Positions 47,478-57,339 of a stretch of 64,000 nt of DNA are shown here, piece after piece; within the stretch, counting starts at the first letter, position 1; each line of letters begins with the position of its first letter. A program made the translations under genes and the position numbers. The notes under the pieces are model-generated. The model searched no databases. It had not been told where the DNA came from and was given only the letters and a program-made list of their open reading frames with translations. The stretch is from an uncultured Lachnospiraceae bacterium. Lineage in GTDB: Bacteria > Bacillota > Clostridia > Christensenellales > UBA1242. The stretch is taken from contig CAZQMZ010000001.1 of NCBI GenBank assembly GCA_964594865.1, positions 82,982-146,981 of the forward strand. Reading direction: 5' to 3'.

Positions 47478-48692
47478 ATGAAATTTGAAAAAATTGATAT
47501 TCCAACAAAAATTAGTTTGTCAAGAAAAAATGTCTTTGTCACACTTTTGATTTTCTTTCTCTGTTTTGCTTTTTTGTTTTTTGGTTTGACAAATACATAT
47601 CATTTGACTGCAAGTGCAATTGATTTTTACACTTCGGCAAAAGGTTGTGCTGTGATTGAAACGTCCACCAAAAGAAAACTCTATGCTGTCAATGAAAACA
47701 CCAAACTGCCTATGGCAAGCACGACAAAAATCATGACTGCGATCACGGCACTTGAAAATTGTGATGATCTTGACGAAAAATTTGAAATCTCTCCAAAGGC
47801 GGTGGGGATTCCGGGGACATCGCTTTATCTTCATCAAGGAGATGTTTATTCCACACGTGATCTTTTGTATGCCTTGATGTTGATTTCTGGAAATGATGCC
47901 TCTGTGGCAATTGCAGAGCATGTGGCAGGTTCCACAAGTGAATTTGTCACCATGATGAATGATTTGGCAAGAAAGATTGGAGCGGAAAATTCTCATTTTG
48001 CCAACACTCATGGTCTTGATGCCGACGGACATTACACCACTGCATACGACTTGGCTCTCATCACTGCCTATGCACTCGAAAATGACACTTTTCGAGAGAT
48101 TGTCAGCACCAAAAACATTAAAATCACAAACGGTGACGGTGAGAATAGATATTTAAAAAATAAGAATAAACTTCTCTCCACACTTGATGGGTGTATTGGT
48201 GTGAAAACGGGTTTTACCGATGATGCTGGACGCTGTCTGGTTTCCGCGATTGAAAAGGACGGCATGAGAGTTGTTTGTGTGGTGCTTAATTGTGGGCCTA
48301 TGTTTCCAGAAAGTGCCACAATGCTTCAAAAGTGTGTTGACAATTTCAAACTCTATGATTTGACAGAACTTTATGATTATGACCAAACGGTCGGTGTGGT
48401 TGATGGACGTGTGGAAAGTGCTCAAATTGGCACAAAAGAAAAATATGTCTATCCGCTCACTGAAGCCGAACTTGATAAAATCAAAATTGAATACACATAT
48501 CCAGAAAGTGTGGAGGCGCCACTTAAAAAAGACACAGAAATTGGAAAAGTGGAAACATTTTTGGACAATGACTTGCTATTTTCCGAAAAAATTTATATAA
48601 TGGAAGAGATAAAACCAAAGTCAATTTGGCAAAGAATGGGAGATTTTTTCGGAAATTGGGCTGTTGAAGCGATTTACGAATGCGAAAATTAA
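47478..48692 (+). CDS. D-alanyl-D-alanine carboxypeptidase (S11, DacB/DacF-like)
   Basis: SxxK ASTTKIMTA, SxN SGNDASVA and KTG KTGFTDDAG; N-terminal TM/signal. Start at ATG 47478 behind GAAGGTGG. Confidence 0.85.
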   Translation: MKFEKIDIPTKISLSRKNVFVTLLIFFLCFAFLFFGLTNTYHLTASAIDFYTSAKGCAVIETSTKRKLYAVNENTKLPMASTTKIMTAITALENCDDLDEKFEISPKAVGIPGTSLYLHQGDVYSTRDLLYALMLISGNDASVAIAEHVAGSTSEFVTMMNDLARKIGAENSHFANTHGLDADGHYTTAYDLALITAYALENDTFREIVSTKNIKITNGDGENRYLKNKNKLLSTLDGCIGVKTGFTDDAGRCLVSAIEKDGMRVVCVVLNCGPMFPESATMLQKCVDNFKLYDLTELYDYDQTVGVVDGRVESAQIGTKEKYVYPLTEAELDKIKIEYTYPESVEAPLKKDTEIGKVETFLDNDLLFSEKIYIMEEIKPKSIWQRMGDFFGNWAVEAIYECEN

Positions 48693-48765
48693 AAAACACA
48701 ACTTTTTGATTTCAAAATCTTTTTTGCTGATTGACTTTTGATAAATTTGCAAAAAGGATTTTTTT

Positions 48766-49467
48766 ATGAGATTAAACAAATTTCTGGCACTTTGCGGAGT
48801 GGCTTCAAGAAGAAAATGTGACGAAATCATATCTTCTGGACGCGTTATGGTCAATGGAAAAATTGTCAACGAACTTGGCACGACCATAAACGAGAAAAAA
48901 GATGTTGTCAAAGTGGACGGACAAAATGTGGTCATGCCAAAAGAATTCGTCTATCTGAAATTAAACAAACCAAAGGGCTATGCTTGCACCAGAAAGGACG
49001 AAAAGGGTAGAAAAACCATCTTTGATTTGGTGGATTGTGACGAAAGACTTGTGCATGTGGGCAGGCTGGATTATAACACCGAAGGATTGATTTTTTTGAC
49101 CAATGACGGCGAGTTTGCCAATCTTGTGACGCATCCAAAATTTCACTTTGAAAAGGAATATCAAGTCACAGTTGAAGGTGAAATGAAGGAAAGCGAACTT
49201 GCTGTTCTTCGAAACGGCGTTGTGGAAAATGGCGTGAGAATGCCAAAAGCGAAAGTTAAGTTTTTGAGTTTTGACGGACGGAACACCAAACTTTCTGTTT
49301 GTATTGACGAAGGGCAAAATCACCAAGTGCGCAGAATGTTTGATTGCATAGGGCGAACGATTGTTCTTTTGAAGAGAGTGCGCATTGGGAATGTTCGTCT
49401 TGGCGGACTTTCGCGCGGAAAGACCAAGCCAATGAGTCAAGAAGAGATTGAAAGTTTCAGGAATTAA
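48766..49467 (+). CDS. rluB: pseudouridine synthase, RsuA/RluB family
   Basis: S4 domain MRLNKFLALCGVASRRKCDEII and catalytic GRLDYNTEGLIFLTNDGE. Confidence 0.8.
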   Translation: MRLNKFLALCGVASRRKCDEIISSGRVMVNGKIVNELGTTINEKKDVVKVDGQNVVMPKEFVYLKLNKPKGYACTRKDEKGRKTIFDLVDCDERLVHVGRLDYNTEGLIFLTNDGEFANLVTHPKFHFEKEYQVTVEGEMKESELAVLRNGVVENGVRMPKAKVKFLSFDGRNTKLSVCIDEGQNHQVRRMFDCIGRTIVLLKRVRIGNVRLGGLSRGKTKPMSQEEIESFRN

Positions 49468-49481
49468 GGAGGGAAGATAAG

Positions 49482-50048
49482 ATGATTTTATATCACGGAA
49501 CGCAAGACGAAAATTTGAAAGAACTGCGCACAGACTTCAAAATTACAAGAAGCGGGGATTCGGTGCCAATTTATCTCACTGACAGTTATGAAATCGCTTT
49601 TCTTTATGCTGGTTGCACAGTCAGGACTTATAGTTATGATAAAGACAAAGATGTTTTATGGTTTATTGAACGAGCTCCAGATGCTTTTAAGAAAATGTAT
49701 AAGGGACACGGATGTTATATATATAAGATAGAAATCGACAATCCTAAATTGGTTGAAAATCATACACTTTCGGGGCATGTTTATTCTCATGACAAGAACA
49801 TTAAACTTGACAAGAAAAATTGTGAACACATTGTTGATTGCTATGAAAAACTTTTACAACTTGAAAGTGCAGGAAGAGTTAAACTTTACAGGTGGGAAGA
49901 CAGAAGCGAAGAAGAGAAAAAAGAGAGTAAGGAAAAATTTATCAAACAATTCAAGCCGCTCATGGATAAAGAGAAATATCCGCAAGATTATAAGATTTTG
50001 ACTGCTTTTTATCCAGAACTTGCTGTTGATGATGAGAGCATTGAATAA
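49482..50048 (+). CDS. hypothetical protein with LYHGT...IYLTD N-terminal pattern
   Basis: 188-aa ORF with AAGGAGGG SD. Only weak resemblance to DUF3990/ART-fold N-termini (see findings). Confidence 0.5.
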   Translation: MILYHGTQDENLKELRTDFKITRSGDSVPIYLTDSYEIAFLYAGCTVRTYSYDKDKDVLWFIERAPDAFKKMYKGHGCYIYKIEIDNPKLVENHTLSGHVYSHDKNIKLDKKNCEHIVDCYEKLLQLESAGRVKLYRWEDRSEEEKKESKEKFIKQFKPLMDKEKYPQDYKILTAFYPELAVDDESIE

Positions 50049-50063
50049 AGGAAGAGAGAAAAA

Positions 50064-51260
50064 ATGAAAGTTGCAGTTGTTGGTGGTGGTGCAAGCGGAC
50101 TTATGGTGGCTGGGCTTTTGACGAAGAGAGGTTATGATGTCACTGTGCTTGACCATAATGAAAAGGCTGGAAAGAAACTTTACATAACAGGCAAGGGGAG
50201 ATGCAATCTCACAAATTTGTGTCCGCCGGATGAGTTTTTGCAATCTGTTGTGTGTGGCGAAAAATTTGTGCGCTCGGCAATTTATAATTTCACAAGTCAA
50301 GATACGGTCAACTTCTTTGAAGAATTGGGGCTGAGAACAAAGTTGGAGCGTGGAAATCGTGTTTTTCCCGAGAGCGACAAGTCGAGTGATGTCATCAAAG
50401 TTTTGAAAGAACACTGCCGTGATGTTAAATTTTGTTTTAAGCAAAATGTGAAAAAGATTGAGAAATTGGGCGCCAAATTTCTCTTGACAACCGATGAACA
50501 TAAGTTTGAGTTTGATAAGGTTGTTGTTGCAACGGGCGGGAAGAGTTATTCGTCGACAGGAAGTGACGGAAGCGGTTATAAATTTGCTCAGAATTTTGGG
50601 CATAAGATTGTGCCAATCGTGCCGGCGCTTTGTCCAATCAAGCTTAAAGATGATGTTTCTTCTCTTCAAGGAGTGTCGCTTAAAAATGTTTCGCTGAAAG
50701 TGAATTTTGACGGCAAAAAGAAAGAATTTTTTGGCGAGATGATGTTCACTGATTGTGGAATTACAGGTCCGATTGTGTTGACAGCATCAAGTTTTGTCAA
50801 TCGTGCACAAGAAGTGGAACTGTCGATTGATTTCAAACCTGCACTTTCAACAAAGCAGTTGGACAGTCGGCTTTTGAGAGATTTTGAAGAGGCGAAGAAC
50901 AAGGAATTGAAATCGGTTATGCGCGGACTTCTTCCAAAGGCGGTGGCAGAAGTTTTTGTCAAAGAGATTGGAATTGATGAGTTAAAAAAGATCAATTCGG
51001 TGACAAAAGAAGAGAGAGAAAAAATTGTGTTTAATCTCAAAAATTTTCCACTTCATTTTGGAGGGCTTTATGATTTGGATGCCGGCATTGTGACGAGTGG
51101 CGGAGTGGAGCTTTCACAAATCAATCCAAAAACTTTTGAAAGTAAACTTGTCAGCGGGCTATATTTCTTGGGAGAAGTCTTGGATGTTGACGCGTTGACG
51201 GGAGGTTTTAATTTGCAAATCTGTTGGTCGGAAGCTTTCTTATGTGCAAAAAATTTTTGA
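50064..51260 (+). CDS. NAD(P)/FAD-dependent oxidoreductase, HI0933/BaiN family
   Basis: VAVVGGGASGLMVAG dinucleotide fold, GKGRCNLTN and C-terminal GEVLDVDALTGGFNLQ. Confidence 0.85.
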   Translation: MKVAVVGGGASGLMVAGLLTKRGYDVTVLDHNEKAGKKLYITGKGRCNLTNLCPPDEFLQSVVCGEKFVRSAIYNFTSQDTVNFFEELGLRTKLERGNRVFPESDKSSDVIKVLKEHCRDVKFCFKQNVKKIEKLGAKFLLTTDEHKFEFDKVVVATGGKSYSSTGSDGSGYKFAQNFGHKIVPIVPALCPIKLKDDVSSLQGVSLKNVSLKVNFDGKKKEFFGEMMFTDCGITGPIVLTASSFVNRAQEVELSIDFKPALSTKQLDSRLLRDFEEAKNKELKSVMRGLLPKAVAEVFVKEIGIDELKKINSVTKEEREKIVFNLKNFPLHFGGLYDLDAGIVTSGGVELSQINPKTFESKLVSGLYFLGEVLDVDALTGGFNLQICWSEAFLCAKNF

Positions 51261-51407
51261 TTTTTTTGTTGTAAAATCATAAAAAAACGCAAAAAAATTC
51301 AATTTTTCTTAATTTTATGCTGATTTTATGCATTTCAATTGATTTTTTTGTGTAAGTTTAATATAATTAGATATCACAAAATTTGAATTTTTTTAATGGA
51401 GAGAAAA

Positions 51408-51998
51408 ATGTTTTATAGAATTGTTAAGGCATTACTTTGGATTCCACTTTCAATTTTGCATCCAACAAAAATTTATGGCAAGAAAAATTTGCCAAAAGGC
51501 AAAGCAATTTTGTCGTCAAATCATCGTTCAAATTGGGATATTGTGCTCTATCTTTTGCATACACGCAAAAAGGTGAAAATTTTGGCAAAAAAGGAGCTGT
51601 TCAAAAACAAATTTTTTGGCAAGATTTTGAGCAAATTGGGTGCCATTGAAATTGATCGTGAAGCCAATGACGTCAACGCCATTAAACAATGCATTAAAGC
51701 ATTGAAGGAAGACAAACAACTTTTCATTTTTCCAGAAGGCACAAGACTGAAGGATGAAAGCGAAGTGTTGGGAGAGATAAAAAGCGGGCTTGCTCTGATT
51801 GCAATAAAAACCAAAACGCCAATTGTGCCAATTTGGATTGAAAGAAAACCTAAACTTTTTCGCAAAAGCATCTATCACATTGGACAGCCGTTTGAACTTT
51901 CAGAGTTTTATGGAGCCAAACTTGATGAAGAAACTTTGGAACGTGCAAACCAAATTGTTCGAGAAAAAATACTTGAATTGCGAAATGTGAAAAAATAA
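51408..51998 (+). CDS. plsC: 1-acyl-sn-glycerol-3-phosphate acyltransferase
   Basis: HX4D block SNHRSNWD and FPEGTR. Start at ATG 51408 behind GGAGAG. Confidence 0.8.
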   Translation: MFYRIVKALLWIPLSILHPTKIYGKKNLPKGKAILSSNHRSNWDIVLYLLHTRKKVKILAKKELFKNKFFGKILSKLGAIEIDREANDVNAIKQCIKALKEDKQLFIFPEGTRLKDESEVLGEIKSGLALIAIKTKTPIVPIWIERKPKLFRKSIYHIGQPFELSEFYGAKLDEETLERANQIVREKILELRNVKK

Positions 51999-52003
51999 AA
52001 AAC

Positions 52004-52028
52004 ACAGTTCTTTTTGAACTGTTTTTTT
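52004..52028 (+). terminator. rho-independent terminator after plsC
   Basis: ACAGTTC (52004-10) pairs with GAACTGT (52016-22), followed by T7. Confidence 0.8.
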
Positions 52029-52143
52029 ATTCTTTTTGTTTCATACTAAAAATGGATAAAAATTGTAAAAATGTGCATTTTTATTTTTTTTAAATTTATT
52101 TTTGTGCTAAAATATAATGGAAAATCTAATTTTGGAGCGAATA

Positions 52144-54096
52144 ATGGCAGAAAAAGATTATAAATCAAAAGACATCGTTGTTTTGGATGGTTTGGATGCA
52201 GTCAGGTTGCGTCCGGGAATGTATATCGGCACCACAAGTGCACGTGGTTTCCATCACATTTTGTGGGAAATTGTTGACAACGCCATCGATGAAATTTCAA
52301 ATGGGCATGGCGACACAATTCACATAACCCTAAATCAAGACGGCAGTGCAACCGTGGAAGATAATGGGCGCGGAATTCCGGTGGATATGCATCCAACTCT
52401 TCACAAAAGTGGCGTGGAAGTTGTGTATACAACACTTCATGCTGGCGGAAAATTTAATACGGAAAATTACAAATTTTCAGGCGGTTTGCATGGTGTGGGA
52501 GCTTCGGTGACGAATGCGCTTTCAAGGTGGTGTAATGTCACAGTGTGCAAGGATGGAAAGAAATATTTTATCGAGTTTCATTCTTTTGAAGATGAAAATG
52601 GCAAAATTCACAGTGGAATTGCCAAAGCTCCTTTGAGAGAAATTGGCACAAGCACATCAAGCGGCACAAGGGTGACTTTTTTGCCTGACGACCGTGTTTT
52701 TGGAATGCAATCTTTCAATTTTGAAGTGATTGCAAGGCGGTCGCGTGAACTTGCTTTTTTGAATAAGGGCTTGAGAATCGTCGTTGAGGATTCAAGAACT
52801 GGCGAGAATGAAGAATATCACTATGAAGGCGGAACGGTTGATTTTGTTTCTTATCTTGTTGAAGGGAAAAATTCGCTTTTCAAAACTCCTGTCTTTTTCC
52901 ATACGCAAAGCAAGGTTGTTGATTTGGAAGTGGCATTCATTTCCACAGACAGCTACACAGAAAACACATTTTCATATGTCAACAACATTCCAACCACTGA
53001 GGGTGGTATGCATGAAGTTGGTTTCAAGAGTGCTTTCACAAAGGTGTTTAATGACTATGCTCGTGCCAACAACTTTTTGAAAGAGAAAGAATTGAATTTG
53101 CTTGGCGAAGATTATCGAGAAGGACTTGTGACAGTCATCAATTTGAAGATGAATAATGTTCAATTTGAAGGACAGACCAAAACAAAGCTTGGAAATCCAG
53201 AAGCCAGAACAGAGGTTGAGGCACTCACTCTTCAAGAACTTGGAAAAATTCTTGCAGATAAGAAAAACGCAACAATTGCAGAAGTGATTATCGACAAAGC
53301 AAAACAGGCGGCAAAGGTTAGGTTGGCAGCAAAAAAAGCCAAAGAGTTGACGCGTGCAAAAAACAATGCAGAAAATTTCAATTTGGTTGGAAAACTCGCG
53401 TCTTCCACTTCGCGAGATAAAACTAAGAGTGAATTGTTTATTGTGGAAGGTGATTCGGCGGGCGGAAGTGCAAAGCAAGGCAGAGACAGAAGATATCAAG
53501 CAATCTTGCCTCTTCGCGGAAAACCGCTCAATGTTGAAAAGAAGAGAATGGACCAAGTGCTTGCCAATGAAGAGATAAGAACGATCATTTCGGCGCTTGA
53601 CACAGGTTTTGGAGAAGATTTTGACCTTTCGACGTTGAGATATAACAAGGTCATCATTCTTTCCGATGCCGACCAAGACGGAGCACACATTCGAGCAATC
53701 TTGTTGACGTTCTTCTATCGATACATGAAACCTCTCATCACAGATGGACATGTTTTCATTGGACTTCCACCTTTGTATAAAGTTTATAAGAAAGATTATG
53801 AAAAATATGTTTATTCAGATGCCGAACTTGCAGATGCTGTTGCAAGCGCAGGAAAAGGATATATGATTCAAAGATATAAAGGACTTGGTGAAATGAATCC
53901 AGAACAACTTTGGGAAACAACCATGGATCCAGAAAACAGGACGCTTATTCAAGTGACAATTGAAGATGCAACAGAAGCGGAAAAGATGATAACCACACTC
54001 ATGGGTGATGCGATTGAAGAAAGAAAAGTTTATATTTCAGAACATGCCAACTTTGACCGCGAAGATTTGTTTATGAAAGAATATAAAAAGATATAA
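52144..54096 (+). CDS. gyrB: type IIA topoisomerase subunit B (DNA gyrase B; ParE paralogy not excluded)
   Basis: GLDAVRLRPGMYIG, GHKL ATPase blocks, Toprim EGDSAGGSAKQGRDR and ILSDADQDGAHI. Start at ATG 52144 behind GGAG. Confidence 0.8.
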   Translation: MAEKDYKSKDIVVLDGLDAVRLRPGMYIGTTSARGFHHILWEIVDNAIDEISNGHGDTIHITLNQDGSATVEDNGRGIPVDMHPTLHKSGVEVVYTTLHAGGKFNTENYKFSGGLHGVGASVTNALSRWCNVTVCKDGKKYFIEFHSFEDENGKIHSGIAKAPLREIGTSTSSGTRVTFLPDDRVFGMQSFNFEVIARRSRELAFLNKGLRIVVEDSRTGENEEYHYEGGTVDFVSYLVEGKNSLFKTPVFFHTQSKVVDLEVAFISTDSYTENTFSYVNNIPTTEGGMHEVGFKSAFTKVFNDYARANNFLKEKELNLLGEDYREGLVTVINLKMNNVQFEGQTKTKLGNPEARTEVEALTLQELGKILADKKNATIAEVIIDKAKQAAKVRLAAKKAKELTRAKNNAENFNLVGKLASSTSRDKTKSELFIVEGDSAGGSAKQGRDRRYQAILPLRGKPLNVEKKRMDQVLANEEIRTIISALDTGFGEDFDLSTLRYNKVIILSDADQDGAHIRAILLTFFYRYMKPLITDGHVFIGLPPLYKVYKKDYEKYVYSDAELADAVASAGKGYMIQRYKGLGEMNPEQLWETTMDPENRTLIQVTIEDATEAEKMITTLMGDAIEERKVYISEHANFDREDLFMKEYKKI

Positions 54097-54147
54097 AAAA
54101 TTAAATTGACATAAAAAAGAGATGTAAAAAAGTCGAGGGTACTTTAA

Positions 54148-57100
54148 ATGAAAGATGATGAAGAATTGAAAGAGCAAGAACCAATTGAACCAATTCCGGG
54201 GCAGATTTGTTATGACGAACTTTTGCTTCCACAAAACGAAGAGGAAGGAGTGGAAGAAGATCACAGCATTGCAGACGGACAGTTGGATTTTTGGAGTATG
54301 GAAAAACAAAAAAATATTGAAAATACATCTCAAAAAATAGAAAATAATGTCAATTTAATTCAAAAAAAACCAAAAATAAATGAAAAAAAATTCGAAAAAA
54401 TCAAAGAAAATGAAGAAAATATTGAAAAAAAACAAGAAAAATATGAAGAAATAACTGAAATTCGAGCAGAAAATGAAGAATTTGAAGAAGAGATAATTGA
54501 AAGCCAAGAAAAAATTGAAGAGAGTTTGGAAAAAATTGCAGAAAATCAACAAGAGAACATAGAAAATGAAAAAATAAATGAAAAATATGAAGAAAAGATA
54601 GAAAAAAATCAAGAAAAAATTGAAATTTTTGAAGAAAATCAGGGAGTGAATGATTCCAACAGTTTGATTGAAAACAATGAGAAAATTCAAGAGGAAAAGA
54701 TGAAAGAAGATATGAAAGATCAAAAATTTGAAGAGGTTGAAATGGATTTCTCCAATTTTGAAGGAGAAAATTCAGAAGGAAAAATTGAGCACGATGAAAC
54801 CATCAGTGGTGGTGGTAATTCTGTGGGCGGATATTATGGTGGCAGTAATGGAATTTTGTATAAACCGCTTGAAGAAGTTTTGCATGACTCGATGATTCCT
54901 TACACCGAACACGTGGTGCTTGACAGAGCTTTACCTCGTGTTGAAGACGGTTTGAAACCTGTTCAAAGAAGAATTCTTTATTCAATGCTGGAACTTGGAT
55001 TGACACCAGACAAGCCATATCGTAAATCGGCGAGAATCGTCGGCGATTGTATGGGTAAATATCATCCACATGGCGACTCTTCTGTCTATGATGCCATGGT
55101 GAGAATGTCGCAAGATTTTGTTTTGCGTGCACCACTTGTGGATGGACATGGAAACTTTGGCTCGGTGGATGGTGACAGTGCGGCGGCGATGAGATATACC
55201 GAAGCGCGCATGACTCCACTTGCCATGGAGCTTCTTCGCGACCTTGAAAAAGACACTGTGCGCTGGGGTCTCAATTTCGACGATACTTTGAAAGAGCCAG
55301 ATGTGTTGCCGGGACGTTTTCCAAATCTTCTTGTCAACGGCACATCGGGAATTGCCGTGGGCGTTGCAACAAACATTCCTCCACACAACCTTGGCGAAGT
55401 TATTGACGGCGTTGTGGCATACATCGAAAATCCGCATATCTCTCTTGGACAGATGATGAAGATAATCAAAGGCCCAGATTTTCCAACAGGTGGCGAATTG
55501 ATTTTTGGTGACGGCTTACGCTCGGCATATGAAACAGGAAAAGGAAAAATCACAGTTCGCGCAAAAGTTGGAATTGAACAAAATGGTGATAAGCAAAGTT
55601 TGGTCATCACAGAACTTCCTTATCAAGTGAACAAAGCTCTTCTTTTGCAAAAAATTGCCGAACTTAAAGAAAAAAACAAGGACAAACTTTCTGTCATAAG
55701 TGAAATTCGTGATGAAAGTGACAGAAACGGAATGCGTGCTGTCATTCGTCTTAAAAAAGAAGCTAATGCACAAAAAATTTTGGCATTCTTGTTTCAGTCA
55801 ACAAGCTTGCAGGTGTCTTATTCCATAAATATGGTTGCCATTGCTGGCGGAAAACCAAAACTTTTGAATTTGATGGACATCATCTCATATTACACAGCAT
55901 TTCAGCGCGATGTTGTGGTGCGTCGAACAAGATTTGATCTCAATATTGCAAGAGAAAGAGCACACATTGTTGAAGGTCTTTTGATTGCCATAAAAAATAT
56001 TGATGCGGTGATCAAGATCATCAAAACTTCTGCAAACGTTTCAGAAGCAAGGCAAAGACTTCGTGAAAAATTTGGACTTTCCGAAAAACAAGCTCAGGCG
56101 ATTTTGGACATGAGATTGGCGCGTCTTGTCAATTTGGAAGTGACAAAACTTCAAGAAGAACTTGCTCAACTCAAAGTTCGCATAAGCGAATTGGAAGCAA
56201 TTCTAAATTCCAAGAGAATGCAACTTGATGTTGTCAAAAAAGAAATTTTGGAAATTAAACGAAAATTCAATTCCTCACGTCGATCAAAAGAAATCATGAC
56301 CAACGAAATCAAACTCGCAAAAATTGAAGAAGTGGAAGAATCAAAAGATTATGTCATCGCTCTTTCTGCTGGAAAGACAATCAAGAAAGTGAATTTGAAA
56401 AATTATAACAAATCTCAAAAAATATTGACAGACAATTCCACACTGTTTGACATTCACACAAAAATTTTGTTTGTCAAACCAACCGACACAGTTCTCATTT
56501 TCACTGATCGTGGAAATTGTGTGAAAATGGTGGTGGCAAAACTTCCAGAATGCAAATGGCGTGAAAAAGGTCTGACATTGAAAAACATCGACAAGTCAAT
56601 TGACATCATGGAAGTTCCGATTGCTGTGATGAAAGTTGAAGGTGATGGAGAAATTGCTTTCTTCACACAAAATGGAATGGTTAAGCGTTCGGTTGAAAAA
56701 GATATCGTGATTTCCAAGACTTATTATCAAGTCATCAAACTTGCAGATGACGACAAACTCATCAATGTCGAGCACGAAATCAAGGGTAAGACCTTTACCA
56801 TCATGTCTTCAGGTGGCAACTGTATCAACTTTGAAAGGGGAGAAGTTCCAATTCAAGGAAGAGTTGCCGGCGGAGTGAAAGGCATAATTTTGGAAGATAA
56901 AGAAAAAGTTGTTTTTGCAGGTCAAAATCTTGGCGGTGAATTTTTGATTGTCACAAACAACGGATATGTGAAACGTTTGAGTGCTATGCAAATTTCAATC
57001 GGTTCACGAAATCGAAAGGGTGTGAAATATATCAACTTTGAAAATGGCGGGAAAAATGTTGCTTTTGTTGGATATTGTGACAAAATCGCGATTGATCAGG

Positions 57101-57213
57101 GCACAAAGTTCACTCTTCTTGAAAGTAAAAAAATCGCAATTTCCGACCGATTGAGCACAGGAAAAGAAGAAATAAAGAGAAAATTTTTGGGTGTATACAA
57201 CTATGAAGATTGA
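54148..57213 (+). CDS. gyrA: type IIA topoisomerase subunit A (GyrA-like; ParC-type function not excluded) with an N-terminal low-complexity extension of about 230 aa
   Basis: Core from about aa 236: [60 protein letters not shown] (catalytic Tyr). The C-terminal beta-pinwheel shows no obvious QRRGGKG GyrA box. Confidence 0.8.
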   Translation: MKDDEELKEQEPIEPIPGQICYDELLLPQNEEEGVEEDHSIADGQLDFWSMEKQKNIENTSQKIENNVNLIQKKPKINEKKFEKIKENEENIEKKQEKYEEITEIRAENEEFEEEIIESQEKIEESLEKIAENQQENIENEKINEKYEEKIEKNQEKIEIFEENQGVNDSNSLIENNEKIQEEKMKEDMKDQKFEEVEMDFSNFEGENSEGKIEHDETISGGGNSVGGYYGGSNGILYKPLEEVLHDSMIPYTEHVVLDRALPRVEDGLKPVQRRILYSMLELGLTPDKPYRKSARIVGDCMGKYHPHGDSSVYDAMVRMSQDFVLRAPLVDGHGNFGSVDGDSAAAMRYTEARMTPLAMELLRDLEKDTVRWGLNFDDTLKEPDVLPGRFPNLLVNGTSGIAVGVATNIPPHNLGEVIDGVVAYIENPHISLGQMMKIIKGPDFPTGGELIFGDGLRSAYETGKGKITVRAKVGIEQNGDKQSLVITELPYQVNKALLLQKIAELKEKNKDKLSVISEIRDESDRNGMRAVIRLKKEANAQKILAFLFQSTSLQVSYSINMVAIAGGKPKLLNLMDIISYYTAFQRDVVVRRTRFDLNIARERAHIVEGLLIAIKNIDAVIKIIKTSANVSEARQRLREKFGLSEKQAQAILDMRLARLVNLEVTKLQEELAQLKVRISELEAILNSKRMQLDVVKKEILEIKRKFNSSRRSKEIMTNEIKLAKIEEVEESKDYVIALSAGKTIKKVNLKNYNKSQKILTDNSTLFDIHTKILFVKPTDTVLIFTDRGNCVKMVVAKLPECKWREKGLTLKNIDKSIDIMEVPIAVMKVEGDGEIAFFTQNGMVKRSVEKDIVISKTYYQVIKLADDDKLINVEHEIKGKTFTIMSSGGNCINFERGEVPIQGRVAGGVKGIILEDKEKVVFAGQNLGGEFLIVTNNGYVKRLSAMQISIGSRNRKGVKYINFENGGKNVAFVGYCDKIAIDQGTKFTLLESKKIAISDRLSTGKEEIKRKFLGVYNYED

Positions 57214-57339
57214 CTTTTGAGTTAAAAAACAGAAAAATATTCAAGGTTTTTTGCAAAAAAAGGGAATTTGTTTGCAAAAAATATCGTTTAAAAGTCGAAA
57301 ATGTTTGGAAAAAATCGTATTTTGTGTTAGGATAATTAT

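Noticed and set aside
54355-54723. A 122-aa Phe/Ile/Leu-rich minus-strand ORF, and the possibility that 54300-54800 is a tandem repeat or CRISPR-like array.
   Set aside because: It is the reverse-complement image of the GAA/AAA-rich coding repeats of the GyrA-like N-terminal extension. The repeats are imperfect, are not spaced by unique spacers, and stay in frame with the downstream core.
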